From positions 1 to 64,000 of the forward strand of contig MCFH01000039.1 in the NCBI GenBank assembly GCA_002104945.1: a stretch of 64,000 nt of DNA, read 5' to 3'. The translations under genes and the position numbers were made by a program. This stretch comes from Piromyces finnis finn. Taxonomy: Eukaryota; Fungi; Neocallimastigomycota. How positions within the stretch are numbered: the stretch's first letter is position 1; each line of letters begins with the position of its first letter. Below the pieces are notes generated by a model that was not told the DNA's origin, did not search any database, and worked only from the letters and a program-made list of their open reading frames with translations. Below, one piece after another: positions 12,385 through 26,139 of the stretch.

Positions 12385-15280
12385 GAAAAATATAAAGTTT
12401 TTGTAATTTCTAATAAAGAAGAGTTTAACACAATTTATGATTCCGATAATGAAAAAAAAAAAAAAAGAAAGAAGGCAATAAGTTATTATAGCATTGGATA
12501 TCTATCTAAAAAAGTATAAAGATAACAATATTATTCACTTTTAATTCCAGATAGTAATATATTTAATAATTGGTATTTTTAAGTCTTTGTATATATACAT
12601 ATATATATTTATTTTTATTTTTATTTATTTGTTTGTATAAAGAATACTACAACTACACAACTACTGTAACTGTATAGAATTCATTTAAAAAAAAAAAAGT
12701 TTTATAAGTTTAAAAAAGAAAATAAAGTTAAAAATAAAATTAAAATTAAAAAAAAAAAAAAAAGAAAATTTAAAAAAATTTTTTTTAGTGAATTTTATTT
12801 AAAAAATTCTTTGCTTTTTTTTTTTTTTTATTGGAATTAAATGGTTTAAATAAAAAATTATATTCAATTATTATAACTCTATTATAAATTAATTTTATCT
12901 ACTATGATTAAATATTTTTATTAGGCATAGGGTTTAGGTATATCTCTACAGGTAGATAAATAGTTTTTCATTATACATCACTTCGCTCAATTTTTATTAT
13001 AAAGTAATTGTAAGAAAAGGTAGAATAACCACCATTAAACTATTTAATAAATTTTAATTTACTTTTTTCTTTTGAATCGTTTTAATATTTTTATTTTTTA
13101 TCAAAATACAAGCTTTCTGAGTTTAGAATAATTAAAAAACTTAAAAAACTTTATAAATTAAATATTATTTAAATTTTCCTTTTAAATTTCTTTTTTTTTT
13201 TTTTTTTATTATCTGAAGATAAGATAAACCAATATTGTACTAAATAAGATTATAAATCTGTAGTAGTATAAAAATAAAAAAAAGGATAATTCTAATAGTG
13301 TAAATTAAGAATTGTAATAAAACTATATTTTATACTTTTTTTTTTTTTTTATAAAAGTAAATATTATTATTATTATTATTAATAAAACTTTAGATTTTGT
13401 TTATGTATAGATAGTTTTACTTTTTTTTTTTTTTATTATTATTATGGTTTATAAATTTTTAAACTATTCATTTGTGAATTTATTATTTATTATTATTATT
13501 ATTATTTTTTTTTTTTTTTTTTTGGTAATCTAGTAAAATTTATATTTTTTTATTTATATTCAAGGAATTTTTTCAAAAGGAAAGTAAATAATTTAGATAA
13601 ATATTAAATTAATTTTCCTATGTATAAAAGTATAATAATATAGGAAAACTAGTATTATTAATTACTTTAAAATAGTTTTTCTTCTTTTTATCATTTGATC
13701 ATGAATTGTTTATTAATCCTTTGTTTATAATAAAAGTTTATACAAAAAAAAAAAAAAAAAAAAAAATATTCGTATTCATTATTTTTTAATAAAATAAAAA
13801 AAAAAAGTTTAAAATTTAATACTTTAAAAATCCTCACTACTCATGATTCAATTCATATTCCATAGAAAATGAAACTTTTTACACAATTAAAACATTACAA
13901 TATAAATAAAACTATATATATAGTTTTATATAGTTTTAAATTACTCTTGTATAATTTAAAAAAAAAAAAAATTAAAATCTTTTAAAGTTCTCTTTTCTTA
14001 ATTTTTTTTATAAAGAAAAAATATTAATATTTATTTATATTAAAAAAAAAAATTAATAAAAAAATATAAAATTATAAAATAATAGTATTATTTAAAAATA
14101 TATAATAAAAATAATAATAATAAAAGAAAAAACCTTAAAAACTTTTTTTTCTTTTTGTTTCTTAAATCTTTGTAGAATGAAATAAATCATTTATTAATTA
14201 TTATATATATGGAACATCCATTTAATATTAAATGAAAGAAAAAAAAAAAGCGCAAAAAAATGATATAAATTCAATATTTATAATAATATATTCCGTTTAC
14301 CAAAAAAAAAAAATAAAAATAAAAAATAAAATATTTTATTCTATTCATGAATATTAATGAATGGATTATTGGTAAGCAAAAAAAAAAAAAAAAGAATATG
14401 AAATGATGATACTTTTGAAATGATACAGTGGTTATTTAGGTAACGAAAAAAATAAATAAAATATCTTTTAACTGGGATTCTCCTTCATTTAAACGATATA
14501 AAAAAAAAAAACATATATCCCATAAAAATAAGAATAACTATGTAAAATGCACATGATATAATCATGATTTTAATTAGAAATAAGGAAAGAAAATGCACAT
14601 GATATTATCTATTGATTAAATATTATTGGTTGATTAAAACTATTTTATGAAAAATTTTCTTTATTCAATTGCCTACCACCACTACCACCACCACCACCAT
14701 ATATTACCCTTCTTTTTTTTAAAAAAAGACTTTTCTTTTGTAAACCAAAAAAGTAACCACAAAATACCAAAGATGGAAAAGTTTTTTTTTTATTGATGAT
14801 TGCTTTTTTTTTTTTTTTTTTTTGTAAAACTATATTCTATAGATAGGACTTTAGAGTCTTATTGACAAGGATAATTTTTACAAAATTAAAAATCGGTATC
14901 TTTTTTTTTTTAAAAAAAAAAAACAAATGGTTTTTTAAAAATAAATAATAATTAGATTAATTTTTTTATTAGTTGATTATTATTTATCCTTTTTTCTATA
15001 GGTATTATTTAAAAAAAAAAAAAAAAAATAGTATTGCTTTTGTTTTTTATATTATATTTTGTTTTTTTTTTCTAGGTATGGATAAGAAATGAAAATGAAA
15101 AAAAAAAAAAAAGTCTTTCTTTTTTTTGCAATTTATAAAATGTTGAAATATTTCATTTTCCTTTTTTTAAAAAAAAGGAAAAATTCGCGTGAATCAAATT
15201 CATTATTGGAAATATTTCAAGAATATACAAAAAAAAAAATACCTTTTTCCCCCGTTTTTTAAAAAATATAGTTGCTAAAT

Positions 15281-18200
15281 TTATTGCTTGTGAACACCAC
15301 CATCACCAGCTAAAACCATTTCATAATATTCACCCTTCTTGGCCATTAATTCTTCATGATTACCTTGTTCAACAATCCTACCTTCCTTCATGACGACAAT
15401 AACATCAGAATTCTTAATGGTAGAAAGACGGTGAGCAATGGTAATAGTAGTACGACCTTGAGAAGCTTCTTCAAGAGCTTGTTGAACAATTAATTCGGAT
15501 TCAGCATCAAGGGCAGAGGTAGCTTCATCTAATAATAATACCTTTGGATTACGAACCATGGCACGAGCAATAGCAACACGTTGTTTTTGACCACCACTCA
15601 TTCTTGAGGTACCTAAACCACCAACTAAGGTATCGTAACCTTCTGGAAGTGACATAATAAAGTCATGAATATTAGCCTTCTTAGCAGCTTCAATAATTTC
15701 TTCATCAGTGGCATCTTCCTTACCATAGCGAATATTATCCTTGATAGAAATATTGAAAAGACTTGGTTCTTGGTTAACAACACCAATGTGTTCACGGAAC
15801 CATTTAAGGTTGTATTCAGAATTCTTCTTACCATCAACAATAACTTCACCATGTTGAGCATCATACCAACGTGGTAATAAACCAATAATGGTACTCTTAC
15901 CACAACCAGAACCACCAACAAGAGCTAACATCTTACCTTCTGGAATTTCAATCTTACCGTCACCTAAACGTAAAACAGTAATGTTTGGACGAGATGGATA
16001 ACGGAAACGAAGGTTGTTGAAGGATATGTTACCCTTGAATGGTTCTTGCTTGATACCACTTGGATCACTGGCATCAATCTTAGACTTACGGTCAATAATT
16101 TCAAGAACATGACCGAAAGCTTCAGCTGCCTTATCATAATCTGGAGCAATGGAACTAGCTCTACCAACAGCCATGGCAGTAAAGATAATAGCCATTAAAA
16201 CTCTAAACATATTTTGGAATTCTAATTCACCATTTTTGATAAAGAGAGCACCAGCATAGAAACCAAGAATGTAAGCAAAGAAAGCAACGGCATTACTGAA
16301 ACCAGTACCAACACTACTAATATAGTACTTCTTAACAAGACGCTTTTCTGGTTCAATTAACTTTTCTTCGTATAATTTGCAGAAACGTTCTTCTAAATTA
16401 AGAGCATATACGGTCTTAATAGCAACAATAGCTTCAACAGAAACCTTTGTACTACCTTCAAGAACACGACGCTTTTCTTCATTCTTATTCTTATTGGAAG
16501 ACATTTGAAGGAAGGTACCAACGAAAAGGAATGGAACAGCAACTAATAAAATTAAAGTTAACTTCCAACCGTTACAGAAGGCAATAGTAAAACCAACAAC
16601 AATAGTGACGATAATTTCTAAAACGGAACCAACATTAATATTTAAACCTTGAACTAAACCAGCTTCAGTAGCAAGCTTAGCAGTCAAGGTACCAGTACTA
16701 GTAGTAGCACCACCTGGACCACCACCACCAGCAGATTCCTTACCACTACCAATATCACTACAATCAAAGAAACCAACTTCTTGACGAATCATAGAGTTGT
16801 ACATTTCCTTACGGAAGGTGTAGGATAAGTATTCACCAGCTGTAGAGAAACCACCAATTTGACAGTAGAATGAAATAACATTGGCAACACCGAGTAAAAT
16901 AAACATTAAAGCCCAGAACTTACCATCATCTAATAATTCTTGACCTTGTTTGTTGAAGACATTCATGGCAGAAGCAAAAATGAAAGCAAAGGCAGGTTGA
17001 ATACTACCATTGAAAATAGCACCAATCATACCTAATAAATTAGCCCACCATACTGGTTTGTTGTAAGAAAGGTAACGCTTCCAGTCCATCGAAGCTAATA
17101 AACTTCCACCTGTAATTGGCTTTTGTTGTTCACCAGACTTGACACTAGTGCGAGTGGTATTACGACGATTAAATGAAGCAGTAGAAATGTTGGTTAAAAT
17201 ACGAGAGAGAGTTGTGGTTTCACGTTTGTTTAATAATTCGGCTTCTTCCTTACCCTCTTCTTCTGCGATGGTAATTTTCTTCATTTCTGAATCTTCAACG
17301 TCAGATTCTTCATCCTCAACAACTTCATTTTCTTGAACGTTCATTTCTTGGTTCTTGACAAGATTGTAGTAAACACCTTGCTTTTCCATTAATTCATTGT
17401 GAGTTCCAGATTCAATGATAACACCCTTGTCCATAACAATAATGCAATCAGCATTCTTAACGGTGGTAAGACGATGAGCAATAACTAAAGTAGATCTACC
17501 GGATGAAGCAGAATCTAAAGCAGCTTGTACAACCTTTTCAGATTGATTATCTAAAGCAGAAGTAGCTTCATCTAATAATAAAATCTTTGGATTCATCATT
17601 AAAGCACGAGCGATACAGATACGTTGTTTTTGACCACCACTTAATTGAAGACCTCTTTCACCAGTACTAGTTTGATAACCATTTGGTAATTTTTGAATGA
17701 ATTCATGAGCATTAGCTAATTTAGCAGCAGCTTCGATTTGTTCTTGAGTGGCATCTGGACAGGTAATTGCAATATTTTCAGCAATAGTAGCATCAAATAA
17801 AGTTGGTTCTTGAGAGACAAGACCAATTTGAGTACGTAACCAATGAATATTGTAATCTTCGACAGGTTTACCATCAATTAAAATTTCACCTTCACTCTTT
17901 TCATAGTATCTTTCTAAAAGTTGGACAATAGTAGATTTACCAGAACCGGAAGCACCGACAAGGGCAACAGTTTGACCTGGTTGACAACGGAAACTAATAC
18001 CCTTTAAAATTTCAATATCTGGTCTAGCTGGATAAGTGAAACGAACATTACGGAATTCAATTTCACCGTTAACTGGTGCTTCTGGGCATTCACCAACTTC
18101 AGCATTAATCTTTGGTTTTCTTTCAATAATGTAGAATAATTTAGCAGCTGCACCAGAAGCTTCACCGAATGAGTTAAGGATGTGACCACAACTAGAAATA

Positions 18201-19576
18201 GACATAGCACCCATCATAACACCCATAAAGACTTGAAGTACATCTCCACCAACCATTTCACCCTTGTGAATAAATTTGGAACCGAAATAAAAGGCAATAC
18301 TGTAGGAACAATAGATAATACCGAAAATTAAACCAAAGCAGAAACCAAAGGTTTGAGCCTTAATAATACCGTATCTCTTAGTTGGCTTAAGTTTTTCAAC
18401 ATAACGATCGATTTCCTTTTGTTCATTACCGAAAGAAGCAATGGTACGAATTTGTGAGAAAGCTTCTTGAGCAATACCACCAATAACACCATAAGCATCT
18501 TGAGTTTTCTTTGTATATTTACTTAAAATAGTACCCATTGTACCACCAACTAAAATAAGTGCTGGTAAAATAACAGCCATATATAATGTTAATTTAAAAC
18601 CACTGGTGAAAGCAAGTATGAAACAGAATATAAAAGTGAATACATTTTGAACCAAAATACCGATTTTTGGGCCAATACCTTCTTCGATTAACAAAGTATC
18701 ACTAATAATTCTTGAGGATAATTCACCAGGACTAGTTTTTTCATGCCAGGCGATTTCTTGTCTCATTAAAGAATTGAAAACAAGAGAACGAATCTTTGTG
18801 GTTTGACGAAGAGCAGAGATATTTAAGAAAGCGTAGAAAATGAAAGAACCGATAAATGAAACAACAGCAACGATAGCAAGAATAAGAAGGAATTTATAAA
18901 TGTCTCTAAAAATGACATCCATAGATTTAAACTCTAAGGTAACACTACTTTGCATTGCGCTAGCAGAATTTGCATATTCAGAATCATTAAAAGATTTCAT
19001 AATTTTTTGTAAATCAATATCTGGATGATTCATAGCAAAACCGGCAATACCAGTTTGCATATCTTTTGAAAGAAGAGCACTTACTAATTCTTGTAATATA
19101 CCATCATCTTTAATTCCTGTAATTTTTCTCATAGTTGTATTAATAACAAGAGAAACAAAAATATTGGTCATTGTACCCATACACTTGATCCTATGTAGAA
19201 ATTAATTATTTATAATAATTAACATTATAATAAAATATAAAAATTAAGGATACTATATAAAACTATGATTTTTATGTTTTATGTCACTATATAATAAAAT
19301 TCTATAGTATCACTTTATATCTTTACAAATACAAAAAAAAAAAAGTATTTTTTATATTGACACTTACATAGCAGGCATGGTAGCACCTTGAAGTACTGCA
19401 CCCAAAATACCTACTAAAATCATAAGTTTTTCCTTACCACTAGCATATCTATAAAGTTGAAAGTATGAAACACTTTTAACTTCTTCACCTTCTATACCAA
19501 AAACATCATTTCCTTGATTTTTCTTTTTCTTATTATCCTTTTCAGGTTTAGTATTTTTTTTATTTCTGAATCCCAT
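15281..19576 (-). CDS. Full-length ABCB (MDR/P-glycoprotein type) transporter, TMD-NBD-TMD-NBD
   Basis: Exon 1 19576-19368, GT-AG intron 19367-19191, exon 2 19190-15281. Walker A GASGSGKST and GGSGCGKST, signatures LSGGQKQR and MSGGQKQR, Walker B LLLDEATSALD twice, H-loop IAHRL twice. Confidence 0.95.
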
Positions 19577-22143
19577 TTTTTAACAAATTAAAATGAGTTA
19601 TTATTTAAAAAATTATATTTAATGTATTATATATATTATAATTCAAAAGTATTTTATTTGTATGTATTGAATATATAAATAATATTACTGTTTTTTTTTT
19701 TTTTTTAATAATTTGTAGGTATTTTAATAATTTATATGTATTATGTATAAATAATGTAATATAAAAAGTTTTTTTTTTTTTCCTTTATTTGTATATGTAT
19801 TATTATATATTTATTAGATTTTTATTATATAATTAACATTTCAATCTTTATACATATAGGCAGAGAAAGAAATGATTTTCTTTATTAAATATATTTTTAT
19901 AAATATTAATAATTTTAATTATTTATAATTATAATAATAATAAATAAATAATATAATATTCTATTATTTTTTTTATATAGGATTTATCTTTATATTATTA
20001 TCTATTCTTTTTTTTTTTTCTTTTTAATAATATAAAGTTTTTTTTTTTTTTTTTTGAAAAGTGAATTTTTAAGGAAATTTTGGTATATATATAAATTTAT
20101 CTCATCCTCATCACTACACCACCAAAAAACCAAAAAAACCAAAACTTTTTTAAAACTGAGGAGATATTTATTAATGGTTACACATTAATATATTTATAAT
20201 ATAAATCTTAATAATTAATAATTTATACATTTTATTAATTTTATTTATATTGTAATATATTGTAATATTAATAATATTAGGATTATAAAAAAAGTAATAT
20301 TCTATAGTTTTATATAATAATAGAAAAATCAAATATTTATATATTTTAATATATTTTAAATTGATTTATAATATATAAAAATAATATAAATTTTATATTG
20401 TATGTTTTGAAATTGATTGAATAATAATAAACAAACTTTTTATGTCAATTCTAAATAATATAATAGAATAAATAGAATATATAATAATACTAAATAGTAG
20501 ATAATATTAAATAATAATAATGGATAATAAATGGAATATATTATAAATAATATTAAATAATAATAAATAATGGAATATATAATAAATAATATTAAATAAT
20601 AGATATTACATTAATTATATTATTAAATAAAGAAATGTATTACTTTTCTTAAAAAAAAACAAGCTAAAGGTAGGTAGGTAGGTAGGTAGGTTAGTAAAGG
20701 TAAATTAAGGTACAAATAAACCTTTATCATAAAGAAAATGCATTATTTATAAATATATACAATGCTCTATGCAATGCAATTCTATACAACACCATTGAGC
20801 ATTATATATAATTTAAAAAAAAACACAAAATTAATTATGGAAATTTTATTAGTAATTACGATGATATTGTTCTCTTTATAAACGTATTAATTAAATATAT
20901 ATTTATTAATATTTCAATTTCAAATAAATAGAATGTCAAAGGAATAATGAAATTAATAATTTTTGTCATTTTTATTCATTATAATGCTTCAGTGCTAGCT
21001 TTCTATTTAAACTGCCTATTTTAAACTATTGAATAAGCTGTTTTTACTATCCTTTTTTTTTTCTCTTTTTATTTTTTTATTTTACTAACCACTATTGAAA
21101 TGTTTTTTTTTAAAAAAAAATAAAATAATAAAAAGAAAAGATATTTTCATATGAAAATTTAAAATTTTATTTATTTACAAACTTTGGGTAAAAAAAATGA
21201 AAAACATAGAAATTTTATGGCAACTTTCTATTTCTATTCCCTTCGATTTCCTTCTATTTTAATAAGTAAAAAAAAATAAAAAAAAAAGGGCTAAAGGCTA
21301 ACTAGGAATTCAATAAAAAGTAAAATAATATTAAAATCAAACTTTTTAAAGTTACTTTGCAAACTATACGAATGAAAGTATGTAAATAATAAAAATAGAA
21401 TTTAAAATTTTACATTCTCATTCATCTTTCACTTAATCACCTCTGGCTGACTGACAGTAAAATAAAAAGTTTTAAGCTTTTCCTATTTCTTTTTTTTTTT
21501 TTTTTTTTTTGAAAATTTTAATGAATTAGGTTAATTACCCATTCTTTTTTTTTTAATATTTATTATTGGATAAAAAAAATCATTAGATTTTTTTATTACT
21601 AATATTAAAAAATATAATGAAATAAAAATTTTAAAAAACTCAAAGTTTAAGACGACGACATGTACTGTCATAATAATTAGAATAATACTAATTGGAAGAA
21701 ACGGTACAAGACTATAGAGATAGAAATAATAATATTTTTATGGGTTTAAACATCTTTATAGATAGTTTTATCAATTGAAACATTGAACCTTTTTTAAAAA
21801 AAAAAAAAAAACTGGTAAACTGTCACTTTAAAATATAAAATTTAATATTTATTAATAATTATAGTTTGAAAATGGGTGGAGGTGGAGAATGAAACTGTCA
21901 CAAGTTAAATTTATTTATATATAAAAATTACTTTTATTTTTAGTTCATCATTAAATGGTAACTTTATGCATACTTTTTTTTTATTCTACAGCCTAAAAAA
22001 TAAAATATACAAAAAAAAAACATCATTATATTATTCTTTATTTACCTATAAAAGAAATGTTTATAATGAACATTATTCATATACAAAAAAAAAAAAAGAA
22101 ACATCATCACAAATATTATGATAACTATGGATTAAATATTAAT

Positions 22144-22410
22144 TTTAAAGTTTATTAATGAAATTAATAAAATGAATATTTTAATAGTATTTAAAGTTTA
22201 TTAATGAAATTAATGAAATGAATATTTTAATAGTATTTAAAGTTTATTAATGAAATTAATGAAATGAGTATTTTAATATTATTTAAATTTTATTAATGAA
22301 ATTAATGAAATGAGTATTTTGATATTATTTAAAGTTTATTAATGAAATTAATGAAATGAGTATTTTAATATTATTTAAAGTTTATTAATGAAATTAATGA
22401 AATGAATATT
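22144..22410. repeat. 46-bp minisatellite, ~5.8 copies
   Basis: Unit tttaaagtttattaatgaaattaatgaaatgaatattttaatagta starts at 22144, 22190, 22236, 22282, 22328 and 22374. No spacers. Confidence 0.92.
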
Positions 22411-22624
22411 AAAATAAAGTAATTGTAGAGTTATGACTTGATATTACAATTATTAAACAGTACATTTAGATAATGTAGTTTCTATTTCTCTACATTATTG
22501 TAAAACGTTTTTTATATTTTTTGTATTGGTTTAGATTATCATCAATGTCTTTGTAATAATAAAAAACAAATTACAATGATAATGTGATGTGATGATGTTA
22601 ATGATATACAATGATAATGTTAAT

Positions 22625-22676
22625 GTTTATTATTCTTATTCTTATTATTATGTTTATTATTATTATTATTATGATG

Positions 22677-22743
<67 letters not shown>

Positions 22744-22895
22744 TAAGTATTATGTTTATTATTATTACTATTATGTTTATTATTATTATTATTATGTTTA
22801 TTATGTTTATTATTATTATTATGTTTATTATGTTTATTATTATTATTATGTTTATTATTATTATTATTATGTTTATTATGTTTATTATTATGTTC
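22625..22895. repeat. Compound (TTA)n microsatellite with ATGTTT interruptions
   Basis: TTA runs punctuated by ttatgttta units. Source of the spurious poly-Ile/Tyr ORFs. Confidence 0.9.
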
Positions 22896-24464
22896 ATAAA
22901 AACTTGATAAGTAATTTATTTATTGTATTATTAATACTATATAGAATAAAGATTTAAATTTGCTAATAAAAGAATAAAACTAAAATATTTATTTAATACT
23001 ATTCTATTGATTAATAATAAATTAAATAATAACTTGTAAAGATTTTATATTCTAAAAAAAATAAAGTTTGATATATACTTACTAATATAATAATGAATAC
23101 TATAATTATTATATGTTTTAAAGAAAGACAAATAGTAATGAAAGTAATTTGTTAAAAATATAAATATTCATTTATAAATAATTAGCAATTCCAAAAAGGA
23201 TTGAATTTATTAATTATACAAATTGTTAATAAAAAATTTAAATATTTTAAATTCCGCACTTTTTTTTTTTTAATATTCCAAATATTTGGTAAAATTCATG
23301 TCACACACCCAAACAAATATTTAATATATTCAACTAATATACTTTATAGGATAAATTTTAAATGTCTAATGTAGTAGTACATATTAAAAAATAGTTTTTA
23401 CAACTCTTAAAATAATAAGTAATAATTGATATGGAATAATTAATACAGATTGTTATAATAATAAACTATTTTGGACTTATCAAGACATTAGAATAAATAA
23501 ATAACAATTATTGATATGGAATAATTAACACTGATAACTATTATAATAAATATATTGTTATAGATATATAACAATAATAAATTATCAAGATATTACTATA
23601 AGATGATGATTCTATTATTTTTATATTCTTCAGTGGGATAGTTTGAATGAATCATTCTGTTAGGCGATGTATGCCTATTTTTACCTTTCTACTTTGATCA
23701 TCATCACTAAATATCCCTTTTAATTATTATAACATTTTTTTTAATACCCACACAGACATCACCCCCCTAAATTAAAATAACTATATAAAGAAATTTTTAA
23801 TTTATTCTTATTCACTTTTTCTAAATTAAAAATGGTATTAAGCTTGAAATGATACTTTTTTTAAATGATTTAGTAAAAGTTTATTTATTATAATATAAAT
23901 TAAAATTGCTTAATAATGTTGTGTGTAACCTTTGAGACTTTTTTTTCTTTTAATAATTTGACAAGGATTAAAAATAAAAAATAAATTTTAACCATCCTTA
24001 ATTCATTTTGGAATAAATAAAAAAGAGTGTTAAACTATTTTATTATAAAATAAAGTTTTTTATAAATAAATTAATTTTATTTATTAAATAATTGTTGGTA
24101 AAAAAAGTCTATATCACTATCAAAGATTAATTATTAGTTTTTTTAAAAGCAACTTCATAATTTAAATATTTATCTCTTAAATTTTAGATAAATTAGGATA
24201 TTTTTAAAATAATATTATTAGATAGGGTTTTTAGCACTAAATTATATGTTCTATTTTTAATGCTTTATATAATTTATTTCTAATAATGTATGGATTTAAA
24301 TTATTTATTAATTAAGTGTTTTGTTTAAAAATTAATATTTACCTATCTGAATTTTTATTGGTAAAATATTTAATTTAAAAATTTATCTAATTTGTTTATT
24401 TATTTTTTTGAAGATAAATTATATTATGTACTATATAAACTTTGATAATTATTGGTGAAGGGGT

Positions 24465-24610
24465 TATTTATTTATTCATTCATTCATTATGTATTTATTC
24501 ATTTATTTATTTATTCATTCATTCATTCATTCATTTATTTATGTATTTATTTATGTATTTATTTATTCATTCATTTATTTGTTTATTTATGTATTTATTT
24601 ATTTATGTAT

Positions 24611-24649
<39 letters not shown>

Positions 24650-24650
24650 T
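24465..24650. repeat. Compound (TTTA)/(TTCA)/(TATG) tetranucleotide microsatellite
   Basis: Directly visible repeat. Confidence 0.88.
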
Positions 24651-25233
24651 AAACATAATACAAAGATAAATTTATTATTAATATTGTTTAAATCCATTGA
24701 ATAAGATTCATGATTCATGTTGATCATAAATCATGAATTGTAATAGTAATATATATATACAATATATTTATTATATACATTTTATATTGTGTAATATTAT
24801 TGTATATAATTATATTCAAATTTTATTTATAATTAAAGTGGAATAAGGATATTGAATTGTAGTTACTTTTTTAATATATACCTTGTTTCAAAATAATAAG
24901 AAAAAAAGGATAAATTTAATAGTTTAATCCTGACAAATAATAATGAAAATTAATATAAATTAAACCTAGGTTACCTGTTATTTTTTAATTTTTTTTTTAA
25001 ATATAATTTATTTTTTATTTAGAAAAAAATATTTCTTTCATTAATAAAAACAAGAAATTATTATTTTAATCGATTGTTAAAAAGTAGTTTTACTTATAAT
25101 CAATAATCAAAAAAAATAATAATAATAAATTAAAAAAATAAATAAAAGAAATAAATAAAAATAAAATAATTAAAAATAAAATAATAAAATAGAATATTAA
25201 AATAAACAAAAAATAAAATAAACAATAACAAAA

Positions 25234-26139
25234 ATGAGAATCAGCAACGTTTTACTTTTAAGTGCCGCTCTTGTTATTTCAAAAGCTTCAGCTTGCATTC
25301 CAGATTGCTGGGCTGAAAAATTAGGTTTCAAATGTTGTGAAAATGAAGATTTAAAGGTTGAATATACCGATGAAAATGGTGATTGGGGTGTTGAAAATGG
25401 TGATTGGTGTGGTATTTTAAGAGTCAATCCATATGTTAACTGTCTTCCAGCACCAAAAACTACTACTACCACTAAAACAGCTGCACCAACTACATCTAAT
25501 GTTCCAAATTGTCAATTTTACAATTGTATAAGTATTACTTCTATTGGTGAAGATGGTACTCTTTACAGTAAGAATGACCACGGTACTTGTAAAATGAATC
25601 TTAAAGATAGTTCATGTAAGAGAAGTATTGAATACTATGCTAAACCAGTCTTATTAGGTTATCCTTTATGTAAGGAAAAGCATGAAGATGATTTAGTTAG
25701 AGATGAAGATGGCTACTGGGCCATTGAAGATGGTAATTGGTGTGGTGTTCAAGTTTGTCCAAGATGTGAAGTTGAAAGTATCGATAAATATGGTAACATT
25801 TGGGGTACTGATGGTGCCAACGGTAATAAATGTATTGTTGATAAGGAAAGTTCTGAATGTAACTACACTTTACAAACTACTTGCAGAAGTGCCAAGGTTG
25901 GTTACAAATGTTGTAAGGAAACTACTGAAGTTGTTGCCAGAGACAGTCTTGGTTTCTGGGGTGTTGAAAATGGTCAATGGTGTGGTTTAAATAACCCATT
26001 CCCATGTGCTCACTACACTGAATTAGGTTACAAGTGTTGTGATGAAATTAAGGTTAACTTCAACAACCTTACTTTCACTAAGGATGGTATCTTCACTACC
26101 GTTAACAAGGAAACTTGTGGTGTTTCCAACGATAAATAA
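25234..26139 (+). CDS. Secreted fungal dockerin (CBM10-like/NCDD) protein with no catalytic domain
   Basis: Intronless, 301 aa, with a signal peptide. Canonical dockerins CWAEKLGFKCC..YTDENGDWGVENGDWCG and CRSAKVGYKCC..DSLGFWGVENGQWCG, two degenerate dockerins and a Thr-rich linker. Confidence 0.9.
   Translation: MRISNVLLLSAALVISKASACIPDCWAEKLGFKCCENEDLKVEYTDENGDWGVENGDWCGILRVNPYVNCLPAPKTTTTTKTAAPTTSNVPNCQFYNCISITSIGEDGTLYSKNDHGTCKMNLKDSSCKRSIEYYAKPVLLGYPLCKEKHEDDLVRDEDGYWAIEDGNWCGVQVCPRCEVESIDKYGNIWGTDGANGNKCIVDKESSECNYTLQTTCRSAKVGYKCCKETTEVVARDSLGFWGVENGQWCGLNNPFPCAHYTELGYKCCDEIKVNFNNLTFTKDGIFTTVNKETCGVSNDK

Noticed and set aside
7362-19576. Zn2Cys6 factor plus ABC transporter as a PDR-like regulon or metabolite cluster
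   Set aside because: Adjacency only: no CGG-repeat sites noticed upstream of the transporter, no biosynthetic genes, and PDR targets are ABCG rather than ABCB
22144-22410. Possible CRISPR array
   Set aside because: Contiguous repeats with no unique spacers, no cas genes, and a eukaryotic context
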